A DNA stretch of 64,000 nt, from NCBI RefSeq assembly GCF_018977255.1, contig NW_024704742.1, positions 45,944,001 through 46,008,000 on the forward strand. The letters run 5' to 3'. The position numbers and the translations under genes are program-made. The stretch is from Callorhinchus milii (taxonomy: Eukaryota). How positions within the stretch are numbered: position 1 is the first letter of the stretch; each line of letters begins with the position of its first letter. The notes beneath the pieces are model-generated. The model did not search any database. It had not been told where the DNA came from and worked only from the letters and a program-made list of their open reading frames with translations. Positions 39,816-53,404 of this stretch are shown here, piece by piece.

Positions 39816-42661
39816 CAAAGTCAGTCCATTTCCTTCATTTTCTGATTCATTCTCTTTGAAAGTCTATTATGTCATTGTTCATTTTACAACTATCATCACA
39901 AGGCAATGCAATATTGACCGCTCTCCTATTTTATTTTAATTTTTGCTGTTTTTTGTTATAAATTTGCACAGGAAACAAAGACTCAGTAGTAAGGGTATTT
40001 GAAAGGTCTCATGACTTGTATGACAGTGTAAGTACAGTGTAGAGATGTTTGCAGTATAATTGTTAGACCTAATTGTGGGCTGTCCTATGTTTTACCTATT
40101 AGAGTCATCAGAACTGCAGACACATTCCAGTCTCTATTGTTGTACGGTTTTCAGCCCATAGCAAGGGTGACACTCAAAAAAAGCAGTTAACATTTCATAT
40201 AAAAAAATGCTAGTCAAACATCAAGAGCAGCTCTATTCATGTCATATTAACCTTGTACAATTACAATAAGCATTCACAAATTACCAACTGAGCCAGGCAG
40301 ACAACTGGCTCCAACATTATCATTGACAGATTTGATATGGATTAAATCAGAAAGTATAGGATATGTCTTGCTGCGACTTAATATTTTTCTACCAATATTT
40401 TTGTTCATTACCTTTTGTAGCATTTGATGTTTACAGTAAAATGCATAAGCTTCATTCCATTTGTGTTTTGTTTCCTGCATAAAATACAAAATACTATCAT
40501 CAATGGTTAAACCTTCGAGCCACTAAACTAGTGTACTATTTTATCTTCTTTTGAAGTGTGACTTTCAGCTATTTTCAGTTAAATTATGAGAATAACCTGA
40601 AAACTTTACTCTCACCAACATGATATTGAATTGTTATCTCAGATGTACATTCACCTCCCCACTTTTCCCTCACCACCCACAACAACTTTTGTTCTGTTGT
40701 AAACAAAACCCCAGCAAGATCAACATGCATTTCAAAGATAACAAGAATGTTTAAATGGATATCGAATATTAAATTTAATGGACTGAAGCATCAAAAATGC
40801 TAATTGTAAGAAATAGTCTTAATGACGAGGATACCACTTAAAAGGGTTTTGTTGCAGGAGGGCACTTCCTTGAAATGCAATCCTTGCAGTTTATCTTTGT
40901 TTCAAAGGAATATTGGAAATGTTCCTTGATGTACATGATTAAGGAGACTTCATATCATTGCCTACATGAAGCAAGCAGGTCAAAACTTCAGTATAGGATA
41001 AAATTGTAATCCTTCCCTTTAAACAGACTGCTTCACATTGATTTTCAGAAACCAAAGAAGGACACTTTGAAGAGTGTTCTGTGAAAGATAACCCATCTGT
41101 TTTCTCTCACAGAAAATGTCCCCTTCTTGATACTGGTGTTATTAGTGCCAGTGAAATTAAGGACTATGGCTTCTATTTTGTGATGGTTCTTTACTGAATT
41201 CCTGAATAAGTAGCAGAGTTATGGTGGGTAGGCTGAAATTGTAAATGAATGAGGAATCCAGTTACAATTGTGGTCAACCTGTGAAAATTCTGCTCTGAAA
41301 GTAGTTTGCATCAGTGTGGTGTTCCTATGGATCACCATGATCTACTTCTGATTACCATTTAAAATCTATACATTTGTGTGACTTGGATTCTTTACAAAGG
41401 AATATATGTTTAATAAATATAGGAAAATCCCAAGTATCTGCAAACCCATTTATATGCATTAGACTCCAATGAGCTACTGGATGCAGACTCTGATACAAGC
41501 AAGATAAAAATCCAGTTGCATGGCGTGTGTGTGTACATGAGAGCAGTTATTAAGGACCACAATTTACCAGTGCAGCTCGAGTACATCATTGCAGTAATCA
41601 AGTGTACATGCCTGAAACTAGATTCATTTGTCAGCAATGCAAAGAAAATAGTTTATTAGTTTACTGTGTCCAATGTAAGTTTATAAATCTGAGCACTCTG
41701 AGATGCTGCCTGCGTGAGGGCTGCTACATAAACACAAGCTGTTGTTGTTATAGATTGGGAGAGAACAGAGATAAAGACAGACAGATTTAGAGGCAAAGAA
41801 AAAAAGTCATAAGGAGATAGAAAGTTAGAGAAATTAGAGAGATTCATAAAAAGAGAGAACGATTGGCACCGTGTGGTACTATGGCAACAGTATAACCCTT
41901 GATAGAAGTTTTAGTTAGCACCGTAGCCATTTTATATTTTCCATAGTTATTCACATTGTTTTTTCCACAATGTGGATAATCAGCTCTCCGATGTATCAGA
42001 AAATAGGCCCCACTATCTCACTTATCAATGATCAAAAAATGATCACTTAAGATCACTATTTATTGCCAGCTGTTGTACTATCCTTTTTTCAAAACAGGTA
42101 ACATTTTATATGTGCATCAATTATACAGCTTTTTCTTTAATGGAAGAATTACAAGTAGTCAAACTCCCTAAAGAATTAATTATTTTAAATTCAACGTCAA
42201 TCTTGTGGACTAATCCCAAGGTGTTTCATCAGCTGATAGCCAGAAGGGAAGAAACAGTCCTGCCTTTCCTATTTCTGAATTTCAATTCAATTTTCATAAA
42301 TAGTGTGATGTTTGTCGGCAGAGTGAAAGAAACTCAATCCTTGTATCATCTGTTTTTACTGAGGAATTTGAATCTGTTTTCAGGCAAAAATCTGTTTGTG
42401 TTTGCTTCTAAAATACACAATAAATTCTGTAAAGTCGTTTGAGATGTCTTCCTAACGTGAAAGGCACCAAATCAAATGCAAGGATTATAAGTGGCATTTT
42501 TTAGAAAAATAAAATGCGCAGTAGTATTGCTGAAGTAGCAGAGGTTAAAGTACATGAGTTCAGTCTGATATTATTAATACTGCATCAAACGGTGCATGTT
42601 TTCATACTAAAGCATAGAAAAGGTTATTATGGAATGGATTTATATGAAAATGCAGGCACCT

Positions 42662-43012
42662 GGAGAGAAATTACATTGGGCCCAGATTTACTTCATTTAT
42701 CTAGTATTTTAGAGTGTTCATAGTTTGTCAAACTCTATTTTATAAAATATGGTCAGTACACTTCATACTTTACACTACACTGCAAAGTCCTTTGAGACGT
42801 GAAAGGTGCTATATCAAAATTAAGGATTATTATTATTTATTATTAATTTTGACACTGGTTTTATTAAGTTGTTTTAAGAGCTACAACAAATAGGCTTTAA
42901 ACTTAACAACAACAACAAGATTACATTTCGTATAGCGCCTTTAGACTGAATTTTGCAATTCTAAAATGCTACATAAATAGAGTGACCTAGACTCAGGTAT
43001 AATTTGTGTCCT
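42662..43012. mobile_element. Palindromic MITE-like element, subfamily B, with SINE/L2 tails inserted in the middle
   Basis: ggagagaaattacattgggcccagatttacttcatttatctagtattttagag versus right arm ctaaaatgctacataaatagagtgacctagactcaggtataatttgtgtcc. Confidence 0.55.
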
Positions 43013-44024
43013 GTAATGTTTAAGTGTGATATGGCACATGTTCATGGAACTTCTATTAAGTGAGATGCATGCTACAATCAAACATGCTGGAATGATATAT
43101 AGTGAATTATATTTATTTTTCACAACTTCTTTAATTTTCAGTCTTATGTGTTCATTCGTTCTGTTCCACGTTGTCGGGCCACAGAACAAATTCTCTGTTT
43201 AAAGAAAGCAAATAATTGCTTCAATATATTTTGTATTGAAAACGCACAAAGAACATTTTCAGAAGATTATTGATCTGGCTCTTTCGTCTTTGCCAAGGTC
43301 AACTGCCTTCTATCATTGCACAGGGCTTTACAGGTGTATTGATAGATGAGTGAAACATCAAACCAGCAAACTGTTTGACTACAATTGATTTGCAGTAAAG
43401 GTTAGTTACATTTTTGAATTTCATGCTTATCAAGGTGAGAAACTAGGATACCATAGTGATGAGAATGAAACATTTTTCCTTCTTGTGTCAAGCAGGTTCA
43501 GATTCAATACAGTGCTCCCCCTATTGCCTTATATGTGCAACTACATCCAAATCTCAGAAGAAGAGGCACCAATGGAAATGAGTTTAATTTTCCAAAATGA
43601 TCTATTCTGACAGGTTCTTTGACTGAAGTGGTCCAATTAGAGCTTCTATAATTAGAGCAGATTTGTACTGGAGACTTCCAGACATTGAACATTAGACTAA
43701 CATTACCCCAATTTAATTTACTTTAACAGCGGAAGAAAGGAGATTTGTGACCCATCTGTGCGACTTGGATTCAGACAAGATTCAGAAATAGTTTTCTCAC
43801 TGATTCTTCCTTTCTCTCCACTTCTTTTTAGTCATCAAAGTAAGTATTCTAGATAAGAATATATATATATTTTTGCCAACACATAATATGATTTTTTTTA
43901 GAATAATATAGGTGATAGGCAAAGAATGTAACATAAGATGTGATAATTATACGGATCATTGTGCTAAAATTCGCCAATCTCCACAATTGGAGGGGTGAAA
44001 TTTGCGATCTTTCCTATTCTTTCA

Positions 44025-44230
44025 GGACAGATACTGAGAAGCTTTTTCTTTACTCAGATGGTGATCAATGACAGGAACAGATTGCTAGAAAAGACGGTAA
44101 AGGCCGGGAGACTGGACTCATTTAAAAAACAGCTTGATTCTGTGAAGGTGGATGATATTGCTCTGGAAGGATGAGATTGATAGGTCAAAGGCCCTTCTTT
44201 CCTGCAGGCCAGTCTTGTGATCTTGTGATT
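44025..44230 (+). mobile_element. CR1 3' end
   Basis: gctttttctttactcagatggtg...ggactcatttaaaaaacagcttgat...cttgtgatcttgtgat. Confidence 0.7.
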
Positions 44231-44724
44231 GTGCCGAGATTTCCCCCAAGCCTCATTTGATGCTTTTTGCTGAATAATGAGATCTCTGTGTCACAGAAGA
44301 GGAAACCAGCTGAATTAAATCAGCTTCCTGCAGTCAAGACTTTGCCACAGAGGGTGAGAGTCTAGAGCATCCTAGCGCCATTACTGAATGTGATGGTAGA
44401 GTGCTTAAAGCACAAAGCACGAAGAGAAATATCAGAGAATGTAAAAAGATGTAAGGATTATTGTACCATGGGCCTTTTCATTGCTGGAGATGGAGATATC
44501 TAATTCAATAGCTGCTGTAGAAACATCCTTCCAACTTTGTTTCAATGGTTTCATCCAAAGATGATTGCTACAACCATTGAGTCAACCAGCAATACCTTTG
44601 TCCTGCTGCTGTGTAACATTAAAAGTTGAGTAAAGCTATCATATGTAAGGATTATTTTGATATATATGACCTGGACTTTTAGAAAAATTACATCATATTG
44701 CACATTTGAACCCCAGAAGGTTTC

Positions 44725-45622
44725 TATGATTGTTATGATTGGCTTGCGTCAGCGCCTCCGCACCTCAGGTGCCTTCAGCATCAGCATCCAAGGCTGCACT
44801 CTCCACCTCTCAAAGCCGTCAGGAACCTCAGTGTTCTGTTCGACCCTGAGCTGTCCTTTCTCCCTCATATCCGCGCCACAACTGGCACCGCCTTCCATCA
44901 CCTCCGGAACATCGCCAGACTATGGCTCTACCTCACCCCTCACGCTGCTGAAACCCTGGTCCACGCCTTTATCACCTCAAGGCTGGACTATGGGAACTCT
45001 CTCCTCGCCGGCCTTCCCGGCACCTCCCTCCACAAGCTGCAGGTCATTCAGAACTCTGCAGCTCGTGTACTGTCCCGCACCAGGCTTCGCGACCACATCA
45101 CTCCCACCCTCACTCGCCTCCACTGGCTCCCCATCCCCCAGAGGATCGCATTCAAGATCCTCATCCTCACCTACAAGGCCATTCACGGCCTTGCTCCCTC
45201 CTATCTCTCCGACTTACTATCCCCCTATCTACCTGCCCGTACCCTCCGTTCCTCTGGCTCCGGTCTGCTGCACATCCCCCGGCCCAACCGCCCTACCATC
45301 GGTGGTCGGGCCTTCAGCCTCTCAGCCCCGAGGCTCTGGAACTCTATCCCCCAGTGCCTTCACCGCCTCCTCCCTTTCCTCCTTCAAGGCCGGTCTCAAG
45401 ACCTTTCTCTTTGACCGTGCCTTCAGCTCCCCTCTCAACTCTCTACCCCCTCCTCGCTCCCTCCCTTCCCTCCCCTCACCCTCACCATTTGCCCCCTCCT
45501 CGCTCCCTCCCTTCCCCCTGACCATTTCCCCCCTGCTCGGGTCCTAACCCAACTGTCCAGCGCTTTGGGACGTCCTCCCGACGTGAAAGGCGCTCTATAA
45601 ATGTAATCTTGTTGTTGTTGTA
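44725..45622 (+). mobile_element. L2 LINE, 5'-truncated, best-preserved copy
   Basis: One frame from ~44821 reads RNLSVLFDPELSF...LVHAFITSRLDYGNSLLAGLP...LHWLPIPQRIAFKILILTYKA...GGRAFSLSAPRLWNSIP; stem-loop tail and (ttg)n. Confidence 0.95.
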
Positions 45623-46046
45623 ATTGCTTATTATTATCATATTGCATTACAATGTACAGCTTTCTTGTGAAAATGTAATATGTCAGGCTCTGCCACTGTT
45701 AAACGCTCTGAGACGCTACCTTGCATGGGGGGCACTTTATAAGGGCAAGTTGTTGCTATGTGCTTTGCAGCGTGTGGACTAAATGGCTCTCGCATCATTA
45801 TGTCCAAAACAAAGACTAAAATAATTGATCTTCAAGAGAGAAATGGCAGACAAAATTGTTGATACTAAATTGAGGATCTTTGCTTTTAATGAGTGTAGAG
45901 TTTGACAATATATATGCCCGGTCAGGCAAAAGAACAGTAAGTCTTCTTTCTTTAGTGAAAAATAAACTGGACAGTTGTTCAGTTCTAAATTTCTGTGCTA
46001 TTGAATATGTAAAATTACAGTATCTTTATTTAAATACAGTAATTTT

Positions 46047-46155
46047 ATCCACAAAATACACAGTCAATTCACTTTACAGTATATCCTGTGAAGCGCTTTG
46101 AGAAGTCTCAAAGAAGTAATAAGGCGCTATATCAAATGCAACGATTATTATTATA
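46047..46155 (+). mobile_element. Young SINE 3' part
   Basis: cagtcaattcactttacagtatatcctgtgaagcgctttgag...gattattatt. Confidence 0.8.
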
Positions 46156-48499
46156 AATCTCTTTCAGTGTCAAATGCATGAATCATGAAGCTCGAGGCTA
46201 GAAGCTGCAAAAGAACTAATTATTAAAGAAAGTTGTGGTCTTGAATTACTGCAAAGGTAAAGGCACATCAGGAACACAGAAATGTCTGGATAAGACTAGC
46301 AAATATTGCTTCACTGCCAAATATTCAAATAGTACATTAAAGATAACCCATGCATGGACATGAGCCAAGTTAAAATATTCTAAATACATACTTAATGTTA
46401 AATATGGCAGCTATGTTTGTGAACAGCATGGTCTCACAAAGAGTCATGAAAAGAATGATCACTTTATCCAATGGATTGTGGAGTCTGTCAGTGGGAGAAA
46501 CTCCCTTTTTTTTCCAAATAAAATAAGTATAATGTGATTTTTACCATCAATATGAGCAAGCATATAGGACATTGGTTTAATGCCTCATCCAAAGAATGGC
46601 AACTCCAATAATGCAGCACTTCAACCTGATTTGGAGGAGGATTGGTAGAAGGATATGTGCATGAAAGGCAAATGGAAGTTGCAATGATCATGCGTTTGAA
46701 TCAGATTGAGAGTTATGATTATAGGTCCATCAAGTCAAATGTAAGTCTAATCAGTCAGTCAATTAAGCAAATCCAAAGAATTAGTGGGGGAGATATACGG
46801 CCATATTCCAGAGAATGAGATCCATTGCAAGCAAAACAGACAACTGGCAAAAAAGTGAAGCAAAGGGATCCAGTTTTATAAGATTCCAAGAAATTAAAGA
46901 TAAAAATTGAACATGGTCTAGTCAGTGAATGACACTGTGGACTAAGTTCCCATCAAATGGACCTTTCCAGTGTGCTGCTCCAATGTCAGTTTTTATATTC
47001 AGAAACTTTAAGAGCAATGACTGCCGTGCAGGATTCATAACAGTTTGTTACAACAAACACTACCTCAAACATCAGAACACTGAGTATTTCAATCTTTTGT
47101 ACTCATGAAAGGGACCAATGTTACAAGCCTTTTCTTTGGAATAGACTGTGAATTGCATTGACAGGCAGAAGGCAAAATATCAGATCTGCAAATAGAAAAC
47201 TTAAATATGCATTCACATTTGCCGTCTGCTGCAAACGTCAACCCCATAGAACAACTCCAAAGTGCTCCTTACATTGAGAACAACCATTTTGCTGTAATTC
47301 ACAGCACTGAATCTAAGGCAATTTTTCAAACTGTGAATTGCTTTTCTGATAATGAATGATAATATACCTGTAATGGAATCACAGTGAGTATGGAAAACAA
47401 ATGGATCTGCATCTATATGTGATTGTTTAGTATATTTAGTAAGTTAAAACAGTTAAGAGTTTAGAGTAAGGATTTGGTGTTGTTAATTAGGGGGTTGAAA
47501 TTAACAAGCACCAATGTGGTCCTGTTCTATGGTGCATTGAGCCTGATAATCTTATGCACCATCAATGCAAACAATTTCTGACTTTATCATTTTTATTTTA
47601 TTGATGCTCTGTAAGTTTCAGATATGGATTGAACATATCTTTACAGTAAGCTTAGCATCAATGAGTGGTTATTTTTGAGTCTGTGTACAACATACTAAAC
47701 TTTGAAAGAACAGATTGTTATTTATATTATGTTATTCATAATATTGTCTTTGCACACAAATATTTTAATATAGATTTTACACAAATTATTTTTAAAACAA
47801 CAGGAAAAAAACTTGATACATGAAACAAATAGACAAATGATATTGTCCTTTTTTATATATATCGCTTAACATTAAGAGTTGTCAACCTGGTTGAGTTGAT
47901 AGTTGAGAGAAGGTTGTGGGTTCAAGTCTTTTGTCGGGACTTTGAATTCACACAGTCTATGTTTACTTTCCAATGCAGTGTTGGGGAATTGTTGCACGGT
48001 CAGAGATGCTGAAGATCCTATGACATAATTCAAAAAGAGAAGGGAACTTACACTCTTATTATATTATTATTTTTATAATATTATTATTTTTCAAAAACAA
48101 TTTCAGATACATAACCAGGACATTAAGTAATAGACCCTAAATGTACATCCAATATTTCAATAGGTTCTACATTCATCAATTTTGTTTGACCCTCTGAAAT
48201 CTGTTTGAAACACCTGTTAACTCCAAGTTCATTGAAAGACTCGATGCAAGGATTAATAGTATTATGATAATTATTATTATGGTCCAATTGGGCAAAACTG
48301 TCAAATACCAAAAATGTGAGAAAAAGGGCTGGTGACAAAACATTGGCTGTTTCTGGAAACGATACTTATGCAAAATACCATTGCAGAGGAAGAGATCATA
48401 TCCCAGCTCATCTTTTGCTCTGCATTATCAGTAATGTCAAAGAACTGCAGAATATCAAATAGTTTCAAGACACACTGCAGTCAACACCAGATATGAAAC

Positions 48500-48910
48500 A
48501 AAATCATTACTAGTCTGATAATCTTATAGCTCAGATTTCTTCACAAGTTCCATGAGGATGATAAAGGCACAACATGTTTTCAGTTCCTCCAGATGATTGT
48601 TCTTCCATTCACACGTACAGGCCTCTTGTCAAATATCTCAGTTGCATAGCCATTTGTTTCATCTGCAGCAAGTGTCAGATCATCCTCAGTTAGACAGACG
48701 AGCTGTGCAATACTTTTTGGCATAACCATTTGCTGTTGTGGTGTGATGGTAAATTCATGAAGCTTTGGTACAAAGTTCTCCAATAGCTATGAATCTTGTT
48801 GTCGCTATTTTGTATATGACCTTGTCTTATCTCTGGATCCACAGTATTACACAAACGGTCTCTCGATCGCCCTACTTGCTTTACATCTATTTTTATTGCA
48901 GACACTTACA
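48500..48910 (-). mobile_element. Probable decayed Gypsy LTR-retrotransposon relic
   Basis: Minus strand: AATAAA, then CA plus PBS-like TAGCGAC; frame ...RPVRVNGRTIIWRN*KHVVP and a frameshifted VKK...DY resemble a Gypsy integrase C-terminus. Confidence 0.4.
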
Positions 48911-49009
48911 TCCTTATTTCAATTATAATAGGATTCTGCAGTTAAAACTTAGAGTCTGAAATGTACCTTCTATTCGAGCCGTCCTGTTAATTAAGAGTAT
49001 ATGTTGCAC

Positions 49010-49380
49010 AAGATCACAGATCACAAGATTAGTCTGGATGAAGAAGGTCCTTCAGCCCATCTGATCACCAGAACACCCACCCTATCATACCCTCAGCCCT
49101 GCATCAAGCTGCTTTTTAAATGTGTCTTATGTCATGGCCTCTACTATGTTTCCTGTTTCAGTCAATGAATACCATCTGCATAAAGAAAAGCTCTTTTTTT
49201 ATCTGTCCTGAAATTGTGCTTTACTACTCTAAACATATGTCTTCTTATTTTACTCTCCTAATATATCTTAAGTACTGAATCTGGATTTCCTTTTTCAATC
49301 CCATTAAAAATGTTAAACCCTCTATGAGATCCTCTCTGAATCATCTTCTCTCAAGATTGACGAGCCTTAGCTTGTCTAAT
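49010..49380 (-). mobile_element. CR1 3' fragment
   Basis: Reverse complement of the 1855/44025-type end: gatcacaagattagtctggatgaag...gcatcaagctgctttttaaatg. Confidence 0.7.
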
Positions 49381-52300
49381 TGTTACTCCACCTGCACAAA
49401 TTAGGAAACATGTTGTTTTTTAAGTCCTGCAGTGGTTGAAATTCATGGTTCAGTTTAGTTTAGCCGGGTGTCAGCTTGGCTCTGCTGGGAGCACTCTGGC
49501 CTCTGAGTCAGTGGGTTATGGGTTGGAACTTTGAGCTCAGCTGACACACCAATGTGCCATCCTTCGGATGAAATATTAATATTATTAAATATTAAACTGT
49601 TCAAATAGACTATCAAAACCACTCCCAGCAAATGTGGCATTATATTGGTATTATCAAATTGCTGTAAAGATCACAACATCATATTAATGCACTGACACGC
49701 TGTCTTATCTGTGATTACTCCCACACTCAGTCTTAGCTATGTTTTTTTNCCATCAAGGAAGATTGTTGCAGTTCTACAACAAGTTTATTGAAATTACAGA
49801 CCATTAGAAACAATAAATAAGATACTGTTGAAAAAATTGACATTTAGTGTCACTGGTAATAACAACAGAGTACATTCTCTAGTCCCAATTGATAATTGTC
49901 AGCTACATTCCCCTATGCCTCTATGCCCCTCCCTAACTTTGTGTAAATGGTTTCAGCAGCATTTCAGCGACACAGTCAGTCAGCAGTGTCTCTGAACCCA
50001 CTGCCCCATAAATCAGCATTTTAGAGATGGTTCATGGAAAACCTATTTAACTCAACTGTGAAAGATTATTACAAATTCTAAAGAGCTAAATACAAGTCAA
50101 TCTGTCAATCAAGCTGCCTCTCAATGCTAAATTAGTCATTTAGCTATTTAGTCTTTCCTCTATAGACAATTAGTGAAAAATACTCTGAGATTTCAAGAGT
50201 TAGCACATGGTACGGTAGAAATAAAAAGATGGAACAAGATGTTTTAGTGTTATCATCTGAGAATAAGACTGATCGAACCTTCAGCCTTTATGCTCCTACC
50301 ATCCAAAACTCTCTCTCTAAACACCTTTATTATCACCTCTTCTCTATTTATCTTTAAAAGCCTCTTAAACATCTATCCCTGTGACTTTCCCTAACCTCAC
50401 CTTCCTTCTCCTCCTTTCCTGCCCCCACCCTTCCTGGTGGCACAACCTCTATAAAGTGCTTTGAGACGTTTCCCTGCATGACAGACACAAGTTGCTCTAA
50501 TCTTCTAAAACCACAACTGAACTAGACAGCTGTCATTATTAACAAAGACTGGCCAGCCATGAAAATATATTACAGGGAGACCTTTTAAAGCACCATCTGG
50601 GAGAATGCTGCATTGGTCTACTGTGGACCAGCGCTGTCCAGAAACACTGCACATTTGGCTTTTGGCATTGACTAGCTGGATTCCCACATTAAAAAAAGGC
50701 TAAGACCAGGACATCAACTTGCCATTGATATTACTTGCTGCACATTCTGCGCAGGAAGTTAATGTCTCTTACTGTGGTTTATGCATGTACACTGTGTGAA
50801 ATAAGTTCCACTAATACCATTTTGTGAAGGAAGTTATGTCTGTGGTTCTTATCCGCAGTATGCAAGAATTGGTATTAGTGGCATGTATCGGGTGTAGTGC
50901 ATATTGCATGTATCAACAACAACTTGCATTTATAAAGTGTCATTCACACAGGGCAGCGTCTCAGATTGCTTAAATGTAATGCAATATATGAAATGCACAG
51001 GAAATAACATCACAAGTCTCCTGGTGACCCAGAAATAGACGGCGTCTGAGACATTGGACCTAGCTGACTGCTCTAGAACAATATGTCCCTTGCGTTTTTT
51101 TTAAATCTGACACTTGTGATAAGGGATAAATTTTATATATTTCTGGATTGTAATACATATTTAGTCAAAAAAATAAAATCTGAAGATACAGGTTTGGTTT
51201 GCAGGGAATATTTAAAGGCGATATAAATTTCATGATTTGGTAATTTATTTTCTTTCCAACATGTAATGACATCAAATTCATCATTATTCAGTGTGTTATT
51301 GTGGCTAAAATAAGAGATACAACTGATCTCTCTCTTCTCTGTGAAAGCAGGTACGCTGATTACATGTTCAACATATCAGTGCCCCTTTAAGGAACAAGTG
51401 CAGTGTGGGGACAGTGTAATCTAGATTAAGACTAAAATTCCTATGGGGCATTTCCATTAGTTCCATCATATATAATCTTGATCCCAGTATAATCAGGATC
51501 AAAAAGAATAGATACAATTCTTGACAAACCCTTAGTAACATAAACATCTGCAGGAGGATCAAACAAATTTATAAGATTGGTTGAAAAGAGTTCTGAAAAG
51601 CATTATGTTGTCCATATATAGCGAGATATTCTTTAAACATGTCTCTTAATCAGTATTATACATTATCCAGGAATATCCTCCACAGGAAAGGATTTATAGA
51701 ATTAAATACAGCTGTTAAAAAAAGAAGAGATTTTATTACAATAATCAGTTCAAGAAGATGTCAGATTCTGGTTGAAGTTTCTGTGTTTATTATTTCAAAA
51801 TGTAATTTAATGCAATTTATATAGATATTTTGTATCTTCAGCAAGCTTTACTTAGCAGTGAAACATTACTCACTACACAGAGATTAACAGTGCAAAACAT
51901 GACACTTACTGGTAAACAAAACTACAGTACTTTTGATTTTCTGTTTAATTGGCTCTTGCCTAATTGCTACCTAGAACAACATTTCAGCAAATAGCTGAAA
52001 TCTGCATTCAGTCCAGTTTTCCAGCACACCCAAAATAACCAACATAAACCTGTTTCAAAACAAATTGCACATTCTCATGATTTGTAGTGCTCTTGTGAAA
52101 AGGGATAAAATTCTTAGCAAGTCAAAAAATATTGCTTTCATTTTGATAAGCGAGCATATTTTACTTGCCATTGCCAGCTTTTGGGATAAACTCTTTTTAT
52201 CCTTCAGATGAGATTCAAGCCAAGGCGCATCTGTCTCCTTTTTCAGGTGAACATTAAATATTCCATGGCTGTGTTCAAACCAAAGGTAGTTTTGCCCCGT

Positions 52301-52549
52301 GTCCTGTATCAATCCATATATGAGCTTCCAGTGTCAATAATCCTCCAGATAAATTGATCATTCACCTCTTAGCTGTTTTGGGGGTATTTTCTGTACATTA
52401 ATGGTTGCTAAATTTGCAGTCACTATACAAAAAAAAGTAATTAAGCGTGACAGCTATTACAGGGAAGCATTGTGAAATGTTATAGTCTGTGCTGAGTTAA
52501 CTGATCTCCAATAACAACAGCAACAACAACAATAATAGCAGCAAATACA

Positions 52550-52915
52550 ACAACAACAACTTGCATTTATATAGAACCGTTCATATGGGGAGCGTCTCGG
52601 AGTGCTTAACAGCTAAGTGGCTTAAATCTGCGCCACAAAGGGAGGGAAGGTGAATGAAGGCACAGCCTTTGGCCATCTTCAGGTGTCGTTTGAAGGCGGG
52701 CAAAGATGTAGCAAGAGGGAGAGAATGAGACAAGGAGTTCCAGAGATTCGGGACATACTGATTGAAATCACAGATATCGATTGTGGAGTGGAGGGGATAA
52801 AGGATGTGCAGAAAACCCCGATGTAGCTGAGCAAAGGCAATGGGTAGAGGAGTGGGTGTGAGCAGATCAGAAAGGTAGGGAGGTGCCAGGGCATGAAAAG
52901 ATTTGAAAATGAAAC
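52550..52915 (-). mobile_element. L2 3' fragment
   Basis: FKSFHALAPPYLSDLL...LWNSL in the ORF track; tail at 52550-52615. Confidence 0.8.
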
Positions 52916-53097
52916 TTACTGACTTTAATTTATCTGAGTGTCTTACTACACAAAATATTGGTAATTTCAAATGGCCTTGCACAGTGAGAATTGAATAACC
53001 ATATATAAGTCTCATTGGCATGGCCTTGGACACTTTTTTTTGCCCTTGTGACCCTAACCTCTACAGGCAGGACCCTGCTTAAAGTTTTGAATGTGGA

Positions 53098-53404
53098 GTC
53101 CTGTAGCTCAGTGGTTAGAGCACTCGCTTTGCAAGCGAGAGACCTGGGTTTGATTCCCGGCAGGGTGAAACCTTGGTCAAGTTTCCTTACTCCACATGCC
53201 TGATAATAATCCCTCAAAAAAATAATAAATTGGTCATTTCAATCCATGACTGTTTGTGGGACACTGATGTGCGCAATTGGCTGCTGCGTTTCGCTGACAA
53301 ATATACAGTCAATTCACTTTACAGTTTATTCTGTGAAGCGCTTTGAGACGTCTAGAAGACGTGAAAAGCGCTATATCAAATGCAAGGATTATTATTATTA
53401 TTAT
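53098..53404 (+). mobile_element. Full-length young tRNA-derived SINE
   Basis: Head folds like tRNA-Ala(TGC): D arm gctc/gagc, anticodon arm ctcgc-tttgcaa-gcgag; Deu segment; L2 tail; (att)n. Confidence 0.93.

Noticed and set aside
44657..45547. 296-aa ORF as a host gene
   Set aside because: It is mostly an alternate frame over the C-rich L2 ORF2 fragment; the L2 motifs lie in another frame.
49749..49749. Single N base
   Set aside because: Assembly ambiguity, not a biological feature; flanking continuity here is slightly uncertain.
53098..53168. tRNA-Ala(TGC) gene
   Set aside because: The cloverleaf-like sequence is the SINE head, runs directly into the SINE body, and its anticodon varies between copies.
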